Part shown: piece after piece, positions 25,820 through 36,800 of the stretch
Numbering within the stretch: position 1 is the stretch's first letter
Layout of the letters: each line of letters opens with the position of its first letter
Virus record (IMG/VR): IMGVR_UViG_3300010334_000023
Span: 152,499 to 216,498 of that record
Direction: 5' to 3' (one strand)
DNA: 64,000 bases
Position numbers and translations under genes: made by a program
The notes under the pieces: model-generated
The model's input: the letters and a program-made list of their open reading frames with translations, nothing else
Databases searched by the model: none
Told to the model about the DNA's origin: nothing

Positions 25820-26506
25820 TTATCTTGGTGCGAAATCTTGCTGAAGCTTGACATTGTCGAAGAACTCTTTTTTAGTGCTCTGATCGTTAAAGAACGCGCC
25901 TCGCAACACCGTGGTCTGTGTTAAGCTGCTGTGTGCCATGATGCCGCGATTCTCGCAGCAGCCATGAGAAGCTTGTATGTACACAGCCACGTTCTCGCTG
26001 TCTGTGGCTCTTTGTATCTCTCTGGCTATGTCGTTGCAGAGCTCTTCCTGCAGAGTCCCACGCCTAGCGCACCACTGAGCAATGCGAGTATACTTAGACA
26101 GTCCGATAAGCTTACCAGCGGCAATGATCCCAATATAAGCAACACCGTGAACGGGTTGGTGATGATGGCTACAAACACTACGCAGCTCGCTGCGAACCAC
26201 AAGCATACCTTGGTAACGATCTTCGCTGTCATTGGGAAAAGCTGTAGCAGCTGGGATTGGGTCATATCTACCTCGCATCAGTTCCTTGACATACATCTTG
26301 GCCAGGCGTCGGCCCGTGTCATGGCTGTTTGGATCATTCTCGCGATCGATGATCAAGCTGTCTAACACCGCGTCGAACCGTGCATTGAGCTCGTCGATTA
26401 GCTGATCTTGTTCTCCTGGTTCTATGTATGCGCTGATGTTGTCGTTGGCATTGAATCTAGCACCGGCGGCTTTGATACGCTGGCGAATGGTTTCACTTAC
26501 TGTCAA
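25820..26506 (-). CDS. folE: GTP cyclohydrolase I
   Basis: SVCSHHHQP; GKLIGLSK; LQEEL; HGCCENRG; TTG start with GGGAGA SD. Confidence 0.95.
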   Translation of the reverse strand: MTVSETIRQRIKAAGARFNANDNISAYIEPGEQDQLIDELNARFDAVLDSLIIDRENDPNSHDTGRRLAKMYVKELMRGRYDPIPAATAFPNDSEDRYQGMLVVRSELRSVCSHHHQPVHGVAYIGIIAAGKLIGLSKYTRIAQWCARRGTLQEELCNDIAREIQRATDSENVAVYIQASHGCCENRGIMAHSSLTQTTVLRGAFFNDQSTKKEFFDNVKLQQDFAPR

Positions 26507-26555
26507 CTGTTGTCTCCCGATGTTGTCGCAGTGGGTTGCGTGCGTTATTGTAGTC

Positions 26556-26561
26556 TATTTA
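26556..26561 (-). promoter_or_regulatory. Late promoter motif TAAATA upstream of folE-queD
   Basis: Intergenic, about 50 nt before the folE start. Confidence 0.45.
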
Positions 26562-26575
26562 GGCGGTGTGCGCAA

Positions 26576-27148
26576 CTAGAGTTCTGCGCTAGCCGTCCAT
26601 GATCCGGTAGTCATGTCATCGGCTGTGACCCCTGGATGATTGTACATAGGCGGAACCGCTCCGTAGCCTTGCTGATAACCACCGTTGGGACCCATGCTAG
26701 TCGATCCTTGGGCTCCTGTAGCGACAGCAGCACCATGCGGAATTTGAATGGCTGGATTGAGCTGCAGAGTGGAAGTGATCTGATTGATATTTGGCAAGGT
26801 AATAGTGCCGATGCGCTTTGTGATGTCATCTTGGCTCATGCCAAATCTATCATTTATCCTTTCATTGTCACGCTGCTCCCAGATGCTGGACTGGTGATCA
26901 TCTTCGTTCATCACCAGTCCAGCCATGACTGGATCACAGCCTTCGTCTATCATCTTGGTGATGACCTGTCGCATGTTGCTTAACTCGCGGGTTATGCGTG
27001 TGCGTTCGTTTGACAGGTCCAACCTTGACTGTTCGTACTTTTCGCGCAGGTCCTGGCTGTCCTGCTCGTTTTGTTTGAGCTTGTTTAGTGTCTTGCGATA
27101 GCGATAGAAATAGCTATCCATGGCTTCTAGGCGCTGAGTGTCGTTCAT
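26576..27148 (-). CDS. Hypothetical protein (N-terminal coiled coil, low-complexity C-terminus)
   Basis: ATGA-coupled at 27145-27148. Confidence 0.7.
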   Translation of the reverse strand: MNDTQRLEAMDSYFYRYRKTLNKLKQNEQDSQDLREKYEQSRLDLSNERTRITRELSNMRQVITKMIDEGCDPVMAGLVMNEDDHQSSIWEQRDNERINDRFGMSQDDITKRIGTITLPNINQITSTLQLNPAIQIPHGAAVATGAQGSTSMGPNGGYQQGYGAVPPMYNHPGVTADDMTTGSWTASAEL

Positions 27149-27672
27149 GCTACGGTATCCTGACCATATGCCGTCCACGGTGTGAAAGTCTTTCGATCCA
27201 TGAGATCATGCAGGCTATGCACCCAGACTCCTGGATTGGATGCTTTGAAGCCCGTGTCATCGATCTTCACGCAGGTGTTGTAGTTGGCCAAGCCTGCGTA
27301 TGGTAATTTCACAGAGATCTGCGGTATGAACTGGCTGTGGCTGATAGCACTCATCTCAGCAACACCCAGCCAATGTTCGAGATCAAAGTCCAATGTGACC
27401 CAGTAACCTCGATCCAGCAGTGCTACACAGAGGTCATCCCAGCTCTTCCAGGCATCGTAATCTTCGTAACCACTCACTTTGAAGCTTTGGTTAGCACCCA
27501 GATAGATGTGCTTGCAGACCCTGTATCGAGCCGTGTCAGCAACGTCGTCCACATCCTGCCGACCAACCACGAACAGCGTGTGTGCGCCCTTCATCGGAGT
27601 GTTTTCTACTTCGTAGCCCGTGAAGTACTTCACGTCTGTCTTTACGCCATCAATGTAATCTCGTTCCATCAC
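27145..27672 (-). CDS. Hypothetical protein translationally coupled to the dpdA-like gene
   Basis: 175 aa; start overlaps the dpdA stop; alternating beta/alpha pattern (TLFVVG, HIYLGANQSF, WVTLDFD). Confidence 0.75.
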   Translation of the reverse strand: MMERDYIDGVKTDVKYFTGYEVENTPMKGAHTLFVVGRQDVDDVADTARYRVCKHIYLGANQSFKVSGYEDYDAWKSWDDLCVALLDRGYWVTLDFDLEHWLGVAEMSAISHSQFIPQISVKLPYAGLANYNTCVKIDDTGFKASNPGVWVHSLHDLMDRKTFTPWTAYGQDTVA

Positions 27673-29327
27673 ATGTCCTCCACGCTCATTGACACATCGT
27701 TGTTGGCATCCATGCCTGTGATGCTCTGCAGCATCTTCTCATGCTTCATTATCAGATCCATGGGGCGTTCACTGGTAAAGATGTCCTCTACTAGATCCTT
27801 GAACTCCAGCAGATCTGGTGTCAGCAGTTCCTTGGCTTCGCTGATTGGTCTGTCCTGTGCCATGTTGGCTGCCTGTATGGCATTGACATGCAGTTCAGTG
27901 TTGTGGTTCATGGCCAATAGGTAGCTGAAACCATCCATGCTGCTAGGCCACTTCTCTTGATACTTGCTGTGGCTGTCAGCAAAGCGTGCTGTGCCGAGAT
28001 CAAACACGCCGCCGTTCTCGTGGCTGTGTATGGCGTACTCCTTGTAGGCTTTGGTCCACTTGAACGGATCATTGGCCTTGCCTTCGGGAGTTGAAGCCCA
28101 GTAGCCGCTTTCGATTTCTTTCTTGGTAAAAGCTACCTTCTTGCTTTCAAGGTCATCATAGCCCCTGCAGCAGATGTCTCCCACGCTGACCTGATCGCCT
28201 ATCCTGCTGCGCACTGGCGTTAGCTTCTTGGGCAGGTTGTTGGCAATCCAATCGTTGAGCAGCTGTGGGTTGTTCTTCAGCTCTTTCTTGTCCACGATTG
28301 GACCGCCCTTGAAGCCAACATTGTCCGCGCTGAGCTCATGTCCGTAGTACATCTGTCCCTTAGCAGTCATCACAAACGGGCTGGCTGCGTCGAAGCTGAT
28401 GGTCAGCTGTGGATCCACATGCTTCCGCAGCGCACGCTGCAGGGATGTGAGAGCACAGCCAGCCTTGATCTTACCGTTACCCAGATAGTGCAGCCACTCA
28501 CGTCCTGAGAGATAGTTTTCATCTCTCATGATGATCAGTCTGCGCAGATTAATGGTGAAGTTACTTGCCTGCACGTTGGAGAACGCCCAGCTCTCAAAGG
28601 GCAGGTCCTTGGTGTGCTCCCACCACACGTCACCTTCTTCCATGTTGCGTCCCTGTAGGACGTTGAGGAACTTGGTGGCACCCTCCCTGCGATTCTTGAT
28701 GAAGAAGTTGTGGTTGTCCAGGCTGCCAGTCAAGCAATCGCTGAAGCTCTTGAGGCTGGGATGCAGACTCTCGCCTGTGACTGGATCAAGACCATATTTG
28801 ACCAATGCGTAGGTAGGCCAGTCCAATACCATGCTATAGTCTGCCGTGGCTTCTAGCCAACGCAGCAGCTTCATTCGCACATCGTCCTTGTCGTTCTGAT
28901 GTTCTTCCGGTGTCTGCTTGGGCTTGGCATGCCATGGATACTTGAGCACACCGGTAGCAGCTTGGAACCCACCTGAATCGCCTAGCAGCACAGTGTTAGC
29001 GCGATCGCGCTGCTGCACCATGCTCTCCTGCACCCAGCTATCCTGCGGATCCAGTATGGCATGTCCAGCTGAATACAGTGCTACTGGATAGTAGAAAAGG
29101 CTGTTAGCGGGATCGAGGAAGTTGAGATCCTTGAGTCCCTGTGGCAAGCCCTCGGGCATGGTGTCGCGCATGTTGTACTGAACCATGCTGACGATCTTGG
29201 CATAGATCATGCTGATGCTGGGCAAGAACAGGGCATAGTCATTCTGCGTAGCGGCCATGTTCCTGCACTTTGCGTTGAAAGTGAGGTGGTCAGTGTCAAA
29301 GCTGAATCTCTGGAAATCTTTTTTCAT
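27669..29327 (-). CDS. dpdA: tRNA-guanine-transglycosylase-like protein, probable DNA 7-deazaguanine transglycosylase (DpdA family)
   Basis: TGT catalytic motifs GDSGGFQ, MVLDWP, NVLQG, HYLG and SFDAASP; no CxCxxC Zn site; clustered with folE/queD/queE. Confidence 0.75.
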   Translation of the reverse strand: MKKDFQRFSFDTDHLTFNAKCRNMAATQNDYALFLPSISMIYAKIVSMVQYNMRDTMPEGLPQGLKDLNFLDPANSLFYYPVALYSAGHAILDPQDSWVQESMVQQRDRANTVLLGDSGGFQAATGVLKYPWHAKPKQTPEEHQNDKDDVRMKLLRWLEATADYSMVLDWPTYALVKYGLDPVTGESLHPSLKSFSDCLTGSLDNHNFFIKNRREGATKFLNVLQGRNMEEGDVWWEHTKDLPFESWAFSNVQASNFTINLRRLIIMRDENYLSGREWLHYLGNGKIKAGCALTSLQRALRKHVDPQLTISFDAASPFVMTAKGQMYYGHELSADNVGFKGGPIVDKKELKNNPQLLNDWIANNLPKKLTPVRSRIGDQVSVGDICCRGYDDLESKKVAFTKKEIESGYWASTPEGKANDPFKWTKAYKEYAIHSHENGGVFDLGTARFADSHSKYQEKWPSSMDGFSYLLAMNHNTELHVNAIQAANMAQDRPISEAKELLTPDLLEFKDLVEDIFTSERPMDLIMKHEKMLQSITGMDANNDVSMSVEDM

Positions 29328-29332
29328 GTTTC

Positions 29333-29361
29333 AGTATGGCCTATGGCGGTGATCTTGTCAA
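29333..29361 (-). promoter_or_regulatory. Sigma70-like promoter TTGACA-N17-CATACT (dpdA, probably leaderless)
   Basis: ATG 5 nt after the -10 box; no SD. Confidence 0.55.
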
Positions 29362-30455
29362 GCACGAACCAGCTCTTGGATCAAGGGAGTTGCGGTGAAG
29401 AACTTGGTACTAACCTGCTCAGCTTCTGAGCTAGCATGGCTTGACAAGCTGTTGCGGTTCATGAGGTAGCGTATGTGAGTGATCAGCTTGTCCTTGTTGG
29501 CTTGATAGCTGTCCCAGTTCTTGGTCCATTCGCTGGGATAGCATTCGCTCCACATCTCTGAGTAGCTGAGTCGGTCTGGCACCATGGGATAGGTTCCAAC
29601 CAACGCTGCTTCATACATTGAGATGCCCAGAGTTTCTTGCAGGTTAGCGCTGAAAGCGATCTTGCTCTCTGCGAGATGCTGATGGTATTCGTCCTTGGAG
29701 AGCTTCTGTTCCTGTGCCACAAACCATTCATATTCTGGCATGGCTTCGGCCAAGTCCTTGAAGATCTCCAGCTGCTTCTCTGGTGCCAGACGATGCGGGA
29801 ATATGATCTTGTCTCGCTTGGCTGTGGTAGCATAAGGAGCTAGCAGTGGCTGCATGTATTCCATGGGCCAGCCGGTGAGCTTGAGCCGGTTGATCTCAGA
29901 GTCTGGGAAACCAACGATGAACTCTTCGGTCTCATCCTCGGCAAATAATGTCTCTACGCCCAGCAGCTGTCTCAGGAACAGGTTGCTGTGGAATCGCGTG
30001 GCAAACCAGTTGGTGTCATAGGTGTAGAACATGCTGCATTCAGCATTGCGTACCCAGGGTTTATCGCCAACCAGACGTCCCAGGAAGTCCTGTGGATCAT
30101 AGCTGCCAGCGTGCCAAAGACCGTGTATCTCAATCTTTTTGCCAAGCAATTCAGCCATGTAGCGCAGCTGGATCACTGTGGGATTCCACGCATCTGTGTA
30201 AAGGAACTTGTCGCCGTCTTGTATCTTGCCATCCCTGAACAGCTGTGCTATCACGCTCAGCTGTGATGATTTGTAGATGTTGGTAGCACCAAAATCCAAG
30301 AACGCACCTGGCGTTGGTGTGGCAGGTACCTCGTCTCCCTCGATGATGGCCACGGTGTCCACGCCTGCCCCATCCAGCAGGATAGGGATGTGATCATACC
30401 ATTGGCGAGTGTAGCGCGTGTCAATTGGTTCGATGGGGACAACGTACACTGTCAT
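29358..30455 (-). CDS. GT-B (GT4-like) glycosyltransferase
   Basis: IIFPHRLAPEKQ; ANLQETLGISMYEA (E-x7-E); TAATG-coupled to the upstream T-fold gene. Confidence 0.8.
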   Translation of the reverse strand: MTVYVVPIEPIDTRYTRQWYDHIPILLDGAGVDTVAIIEGDEVPATPTPGAFLDFGATNIYKSSQLSVIAQLFRDGKIQDGDKFLYTDAWNPTVIQLRYMAELLGKKIEIHGLWHAGSYDPQDFLGRLVGDKPWVRNAECSMFYTYDTNWFATRFHSNLFLRQLLGVETLFAEDETEEFIVGFPDSEINRLKLTGWPMEYMQPLLAPYATTAKRDKIIFPHRLAPEKQLEIFKDLAEAMPEYEWFVAQEQKLSKDEYHQHLAESKIAFSANLQETLGISMYEAALVGTYPMVPDRLSYSEMWSECYPSEWTKNWDSYQANKDKLITHIRYLMNRNSLSSHASSEAEQVSTKFFTATPLIQELVRA

Positions 30456-30841
30456 TATTCTGCATCCCACTTCAAGATGGCACCGTTCTCTCCATCTTCT
30501 GAGACTTCAATCCACACTTCGCGTCCTGGCCACTTATCTATTATCTTCTCATATAGTTCTTCACTAATCATCTCACAGCTGCGATAGTTTAGCTGTAAGG
30601 TTTTTTGATCATATAGCTTCTCAAGCCATCTTTTTGCCTGTAAAAATTCCACATCACGGTCATTATGCGTGACAGAGATCCAAACTTGGAAGTGGAAGAT
30701 GTGGCGATGCGGATAGCCCAAGAAGCTGACATCGTACTCGTCGCCTGTGGCCAGAGCTGGATCTGTGAGTGCTGCGGGATACTTGTGGATGCCTTCTTTC
30801 TGGAACTTTACCCAGATCATTCTCTTGCGTGGATCTGCCAT
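30455..30841 (-). CDS. dpdL: QueD-like T-fold protein, DpdL-like (predicted 7-carboxy-7-deazaguanine decarboxylase)
   Basis: LGYPHRHIF fits the LxxxHRHxF motif I recall for DpdL; SCEM and VSEDGENG T-fold motifs; lacks the QueD catalytic Cys; GGAGA SD. Confidence 0.6.
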   Translation of the reverse strand: MADPRKRMIWVKFQKEGIHKYPAALTDPALATGDEYDVSFLGYPHRHIFHFQVWISVTHNDRDVEFLQAKRWLEKLYDQKTLQLNYRSCEMISEELYEKIIDKWPGREVWIEVSEDGENGAILKWDAE

Positions 30842-30866
30842 GTGATATCTCCTATGATGATATAAG

Positions 30867-30895
30867 ATGATAACACAGGTCAGAGATTTTCACAA
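30867..30895 (-). promoter_or_regulatory. Sigma70-like promoter TTGTGA-N17-TATCAT
   Basis: Upstream of the dpdL-like gene. Confidence 0.45.
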
Positions 30896-30898
30896 GTG

Positions 30899-33800
30899 CT
30901 AGAGATCCAAAGCAGTCCTAACCACCTTTATCACCATGTTTTGGCTGGTATTCGGGGTGAACAGCAGCTCAACTATGCCTCCCACGATGTCAGCAGACCA
31001 GATGCCGAGGCTGGTGCTGGTATAGATGTCAGCATATTCAGTGAAAAACACATCTGTACCATCTTGGATCAGCATCAGTTGGCTGCTCTGATAGCTGCTG
31101 GTAGCAGTGTTGGTTATCTGCAGCAGATAGTGCGCTGTGCGGAACTGAGTGGTTGGCCACGAATCAACCACAGATTGGAAGGTGCTGTTGCTGGTATAAG
31201 CATTACCGTCTAAGACCCAGGTGTTGCCGCTAACATAGCCGTTGCTCTGCAGCACCTGTACGTTGGCAAAGCCAATGCTGTTGATCTGGTTGAAGCTGCC
31301 TATGTTGGCATAGCTAGCAGCAACATCGTTGGTGACCGTGAGATTGCCCAATACTGACAGGTTGTTGTTGAAAATAGTGCTGTTGCTGACTGTGAGATTG
31401 CCTAGCACAGCAAGGTTAGACGCAAAGGTGCTGTCCTTGCTCACTGTGATGTTGCCCAGCACTGATAGATTGCTGTTGAAGAGGCTGTCCTTGCTCACTG
31501 TGATGTTGCCCAGCACTGATAGATTACTGCTGAAACTGCTGTCAGTGAGAACAGTGATGTTGCCTAGCACAGCAAGGTTAGACGCAAAGGTGCTGTCCTT
31601 GCTCACTGTGATGTTGCCCAGCACTGATAGATTGCTGTTGAAGAGGCTGTCCTTGCTCACTGTGATGTTGTTCTGGAACACAGCAGCATTGGACACGCTT
31701 AGTGCACCGCCCACTGAGAGATCGCTGCTTATGTTGGCAGCATAAGCATATAGTGCTCCGTACACAGCTAGATTGCTGCTGACATTCACGTTGCTGGCTA
31801 TGAGGCTTAGATTACCTAAGCCATTGCTGGTGCTGCCGCCGCTGGCCAAAATCCTCGCATCATAGTCGTTGCCAAATATGCTGCTATGGAAATCCACGTA
31901 TGGTGTGCCAGCTGTGATCCTATTCTGCTGTCCCAGCTCTATGCTGCCATTGGTATCACCACCGATGATCACAGTGCCTGTGGTACCTGAGCTGGCAGTT
32001 AGGCTGCCACCAACCAGCGCATCCAATCCTATGGCAGCCCCGCCCTTGGTCACAAAGCTAGCTGAGCTTAGACTGCTGCTGTTAACTGTGCTGTTGATCA
32101 GCAGCCCTTGTCCATAGATGAACCTTGCCACTTGATTAGCAGCCGCATTGCCACCTTGGGCAAACACGATGTCGTTGTTGAGCATGGTGCCGAGCACGAG
32201 ATTACCACCGCCCGTGACAGCGTTACCGTACATCAATAGGTAACCATCGTTTGCATGGTCAATGGTAGCTTGGTTCCATCCGCTGCTGTTGATGCCCAGA
32301 TCTATGTAGGTGTTGACAGCAGTGCCATTATCCGCTGTGACCACTATGTCTGCGCTGGCGCTGTCACCTGAGCTGTCATTGTGCACGTTTATCTGTGAGC
32401 TGGCATTTACGTTGCCTGCGAACAGTGCTACGGTATTTGGTTGGTAATTGGTATAGTCCTGCACACCAGCGTAGAGCGCAGCAAAGCCGCCGGCTCCGCC
32501 TGTAAACGTGCCGGTCTTGCCACTGATTATGCTGGTATTGCTACCGTTTAAGTTTCCACCTAGCCTGATGTTTAGTCCAACATCCAGGCTGGACACGTTG
32601 GCAGTATTAAGAACAGCGAGATTAGCAGTGTTCAGGCTGACGTTGCCGGCATCCCAGAACAGGCTAGCACTGTTGCCACTGAAGGTATTGCTGTTGCCGG
32701 CAAACTGTATGGTATATTGTGGACCAAAGCTTGGTGTATAGGATGCTGCTGTAACCTGGAAGCTGCCATCTGGGAACAGTATGCCACTGGTAGTTGATGC
32801 TGTGTTACCTATGTGTAGGTTACCATAGACATCCAGTGGATATCTAGCAGTGCTGGTGCCGATACCTATGTTCGAGTTGCTGATCAGCGTGTTAGCAACA
32901 AAGTTTGGCGCAGATATCAGTCCTGTAGCTAGTACATTCTGAGTGAACAGCGTGTTCACGCCTATGATGTTGCCTCCTGATCCAGTAGTAGTGATAGTAC
33001 CGCTGGTAACAAGATTACCAACCGTGGCGTTGCCCGTGGACTGTATGGTAGTGTTGCTGATCAGACCATTGACGGTGGCTGTACCGGCGCTCTGTATGCT
33101 GCTGTTGCTGACCAAGCTGCTTCCGATAATAGCACCGTTGGCCTGTATGGTTGTGTTGCTTAGCAAGCTGTTAGCAGTGATGGTATCTGCTGCCTGTATG
33201 CTGGTGTTGCTGATCACTGTGTTGAACAGACCGGTACCAGGTGCCTGGACGTTGCTGCCGCTCACTATGTCATAGAGCTGTGCCAGTCCCAACGACTGTA
33301 TGGTAGTGTTGCTGAACAGGCTGTTGCCTGTGATCGATCCGTTGGCCTGTATGTATGTGTCGCTGGCAATGCTGCCTGCGATCACCGCACCGTTGCTGAT
33401 CATGCTCTGACCAGTTATGGTACCATTGGCCTGTATGAAGCTGTTGCTGATAAGATGTGCAGCTCTGACAAAGCCCACAGATTGTACATAGATATTGGTT
33501 TCCAGCAGCTGTCCGTACATGCCAAAGGTTGAGTAGATCTGGGTATTGCTGGTGATTATCTCAGCAACCAAACGCCTGCCGGCTGTGATATTGTCTGCTG
33601 AAACGTTACCGCTGACATCCAGCCTGCCACCGATGAGCACGTTGCCATATACTTCCAGATTGGCCTCTAACAGCGCACCATTGCCCACCACCAGATTATC
33701 TGTGAACACGGTGTTATCGGCAGTGATGTTGCCGTTGCTGTTGAAGCTGTTGGCTCTGATCTTTCTGCTAGCAGTGAGAAATTCTGTGGTGATGTTGCCG

Positions 33801-36800
33801 CTGTTTACTATGATGTTTGAATAAACTGTATCGATGGTAGCAGCGTCGCTGACTGTGAGATCTGTGGTAGTGATGCTGGTGTTGCTGACTATGCTGTTGG
33901 CAGTTAGCAATGACGACGCGGTGATATCTGGGCTGGTAATGCTGAGATTACCCACGATCACATCTGCCACTAGATTATTGCTCACCGTGACATTGGTCAC
34001 GTCCAAAGAAACGTTGGCAGCGATAACATTGGCAGATATCTTGTTGACTGCGCTGATATCAGTGGCACTGATATTGGTATTGCTGTTTAGCGAGTTGACC
34101 TGTGCCAAACCGCCAGTGATCAGCGTGGTAGTTACTATTGTGCTGTTGGCCACCACGTTCTGTGCAGAAACCAACACAGTAGCTTGGACATTTGGCGTGA
34201 TAACAGCTAGATTACCAACCAGCAGGTTACCAGTTATGTTGTTGAGAGCAGTGATACCTGCTGAGGTCACGCTGGTGTTAGCAGCGATTAGATCCCCGCT
34301 GACTCTGTTGGTCACGCTGATGTTGGTGCCGCTTATCTCGTTGTTGGCATGTATGTTGGAACCAATCACCAATCCCACAGCTGAGATAGCAGTGTTGGAA
34401 TTCAGTTGATTAGCTAATAGATCTTGACCAAAACGTCCCTGTCCTGTGGTAGCTATCTGGCCTAGGGCATTGACAGCACCGCCTATGCCCACACCGCCAT
34501 TTACTACCAGCGCGCCGCTGGTGCTGTTGATGCTGATGGTAGCATTGCTAAGCAGCAGGTCACCAAACTGAGCAGCACCATAAACGTATCCTGGTACGCT
34601 GGTAAAAGGATTTACCACATTGCTGATACCTGGCTGCACGTTGGTTAGGTAAACGAACCTACCAGTGCTGTTCTGGAAGCCCATGAATGCGTTGTTGTCG
34701 TTGAGGATGAAATAGTTCATCACAACGCCGCGATCATAACCGTCGTTGTACGTGAGAATATTGCCTTCGCCGTTATCAGATCCGACTTTTATGGTAGGAC
34801 CTGTCACGCTGATGCTATTGCTGTTGACGATGGTGCTGTTGCCGCGAACGATGAAGTTACCGCTGACTACCAGATTGCCGGTGAACAGGCTCTGCTGCCC
34901 CCCTACATTGAGATTGCCACCTATGCCCACACCACCTGTGACTATCAGCGCGCCGGATCCGGTGCTACCGCTGGCTGTGTTGTTGGTAATTGTTACAACG
35001 CCGCTGGCAGCGATGTTAGCCGCTGTGATACCCACATTGCTGACTATGGTGTTGCTGCTTAATTGGTTAAGAGCATTGATAGCAGGTGACGTAATACTGA
35101 GATTGCTGTTGATGGTGTTGGCTAGGATACCTTGTGCTGCTTGTATGCTAGTGTTGCTGGTTATGGTCTGCACCACAGCATTGGTGATGATGTTCAGCGT
35201 GCTAGCAGTGGCTTCTGTGTTGCTGATCAACTGATTGACCACAGCGATGCCAGTGGTCTTTAGTGTCTGGCCTTCTATGAAGCTGTTGCTGCGGACCTGC
35301 TGGCCTGATACAAGCCCGTTGGCACTTACCGCAGCATTGCTGCTGAGAGTGCCTACCTGTGCACCGTTCTCGACTACCAGCGTGCTGGTGGTGCTGTTGT
35401 TGTTGACGATCAGACTGTTTACGTTAGCTAGACCACTGCTCTGCAGGGAAGCACCGAAAACATTGTTGTTGCCTATCAAGCTACTGATCTGTGCCACGCC
35501 TGCTATGTTTAGGTTAGCACCATAGATATTGGCATTGCTGATCAGTGCGTTAACTGTGGCAGTTCCAGCAGCCTGCATGGTGCTATTGCTGTTGACCGAG
35601 CCAGCAACCACTTCGCCTATGGCATGCACGAATGTGTTGCTCTTGATAGCATTACCAGTGATGGTACCAATGGCATGTATGTTGAGATTGCTATAGATCT
35701 CACCAAACGTTGCTACGCCCAGAGACTGCATGGTGCTGTTGCTGGTCATGCTCCTAGCAACGATATCTCCTACGGCCTGTATGGTAGAGTTGCTGTTGAG
35801 GCTACCAACGAGCACGTTGCCAGTGACCTGTATGCTGCTGTTGCTGTAGAGACTGCCTACCTGTGCCGAACCTGAGATGTTTAGATTGGCACCACTGATG
35901 TTGGTATTGGCTATCAAGCTGTTGGTCGTGGTGACACCAGCTGTCTGCGTGAACCCATTGCTGTAGATGTTGCCCAGATGGGCAGTACCAGCTATGCCGA
36001 GATTGGCACCGTAGATGCTGGTATTGGCTATCAGAGAGTTAGTGGTGGTCAGGCCAGCTGTCTGGGTGAACCCATTGCTGTATGAGTTTCCTAACCAAGC
36101 AGTGCCAGATATGTTGATACCACTGCCACTGATGTTGGTGTTGGTTATCAGAGAATTGGTAGTGGTCAGTCCTGCGGTCTGCACAGAGCCGTTGCTGTAC
36201 ACGCTACCAAGTACGGCTGGTCCTTGTACGTTTAGGCTACCACCGTATATGTTTGTGTTGGCTATCAAGCTGTTGGTAGTGGTGACACCAGCGGTCTGAG
36301 TGAACCCGTTGCTGTAGACATTGCCTGCCAACGCAGTGCCTGAGATGTTGAGATTTGCGCCGCTGATGTTGGCATTGGCTATGAGCTGGTTGGTAACTGT
36401 CAAACCAGCGGTCTGAGTGAACCCGTTGCTGTAGATGTTGCCAATCCAGGCATTGCCACTGACATTAAGGTTGGCAGTGTAGACGTTAGTATTGCTCAGC
36501 AGCTGATTGGCCAGGATCAAACCGCTGGCATTGATGCTGATGTCTCCGTTGAGGCTTGGTCCGAGACTGGGCAGAGCCTGTCCCAGTGATCCAGGCGCTA
36601 GCACAGTGATCTGGCCGCTCACAGCTAGGTTGTTGTTGACGTTAAGCACGCCGCCGATACCAACGCCGCCGGCCACAGTCAACGCACCTGTGACAGCACT
36701 GTTGCTGGCTGTGAGTGTCTCTATCTTCAGACCAACGCCGTTTACGAAGCGTGCTATCTCGTTGCTTGGGTCGGCGCCGCCTGTGGCAAAAACTATATCA

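Noticed and set aside
26507-26555. THF-II (folE-motif) riboswitch in the folE leader
   Set aside because: CGGGAGAC is present but is explained as the SD. I could not find the matching 5' strand or UUCAAC segment, and only a 4-bp hairpin (CGCA/UGCG) forms.
22710-29327. tRNA queuosine biosynthesis
   Set aside because: No queC/queF/queA/queG in the window; the TGT-like protein lacks the Zn-binding CxCxxC of tRNA TGTs; the phage context favours DNA modification.
31329-36535. CRISPR array or diversity-generating retroelement template/variable repeats
   Set aside because: Repeats are in-frame multiples of 3 with no unique spacers; no reverse transcriptase or adenine-specific mismatch pattern was seen.
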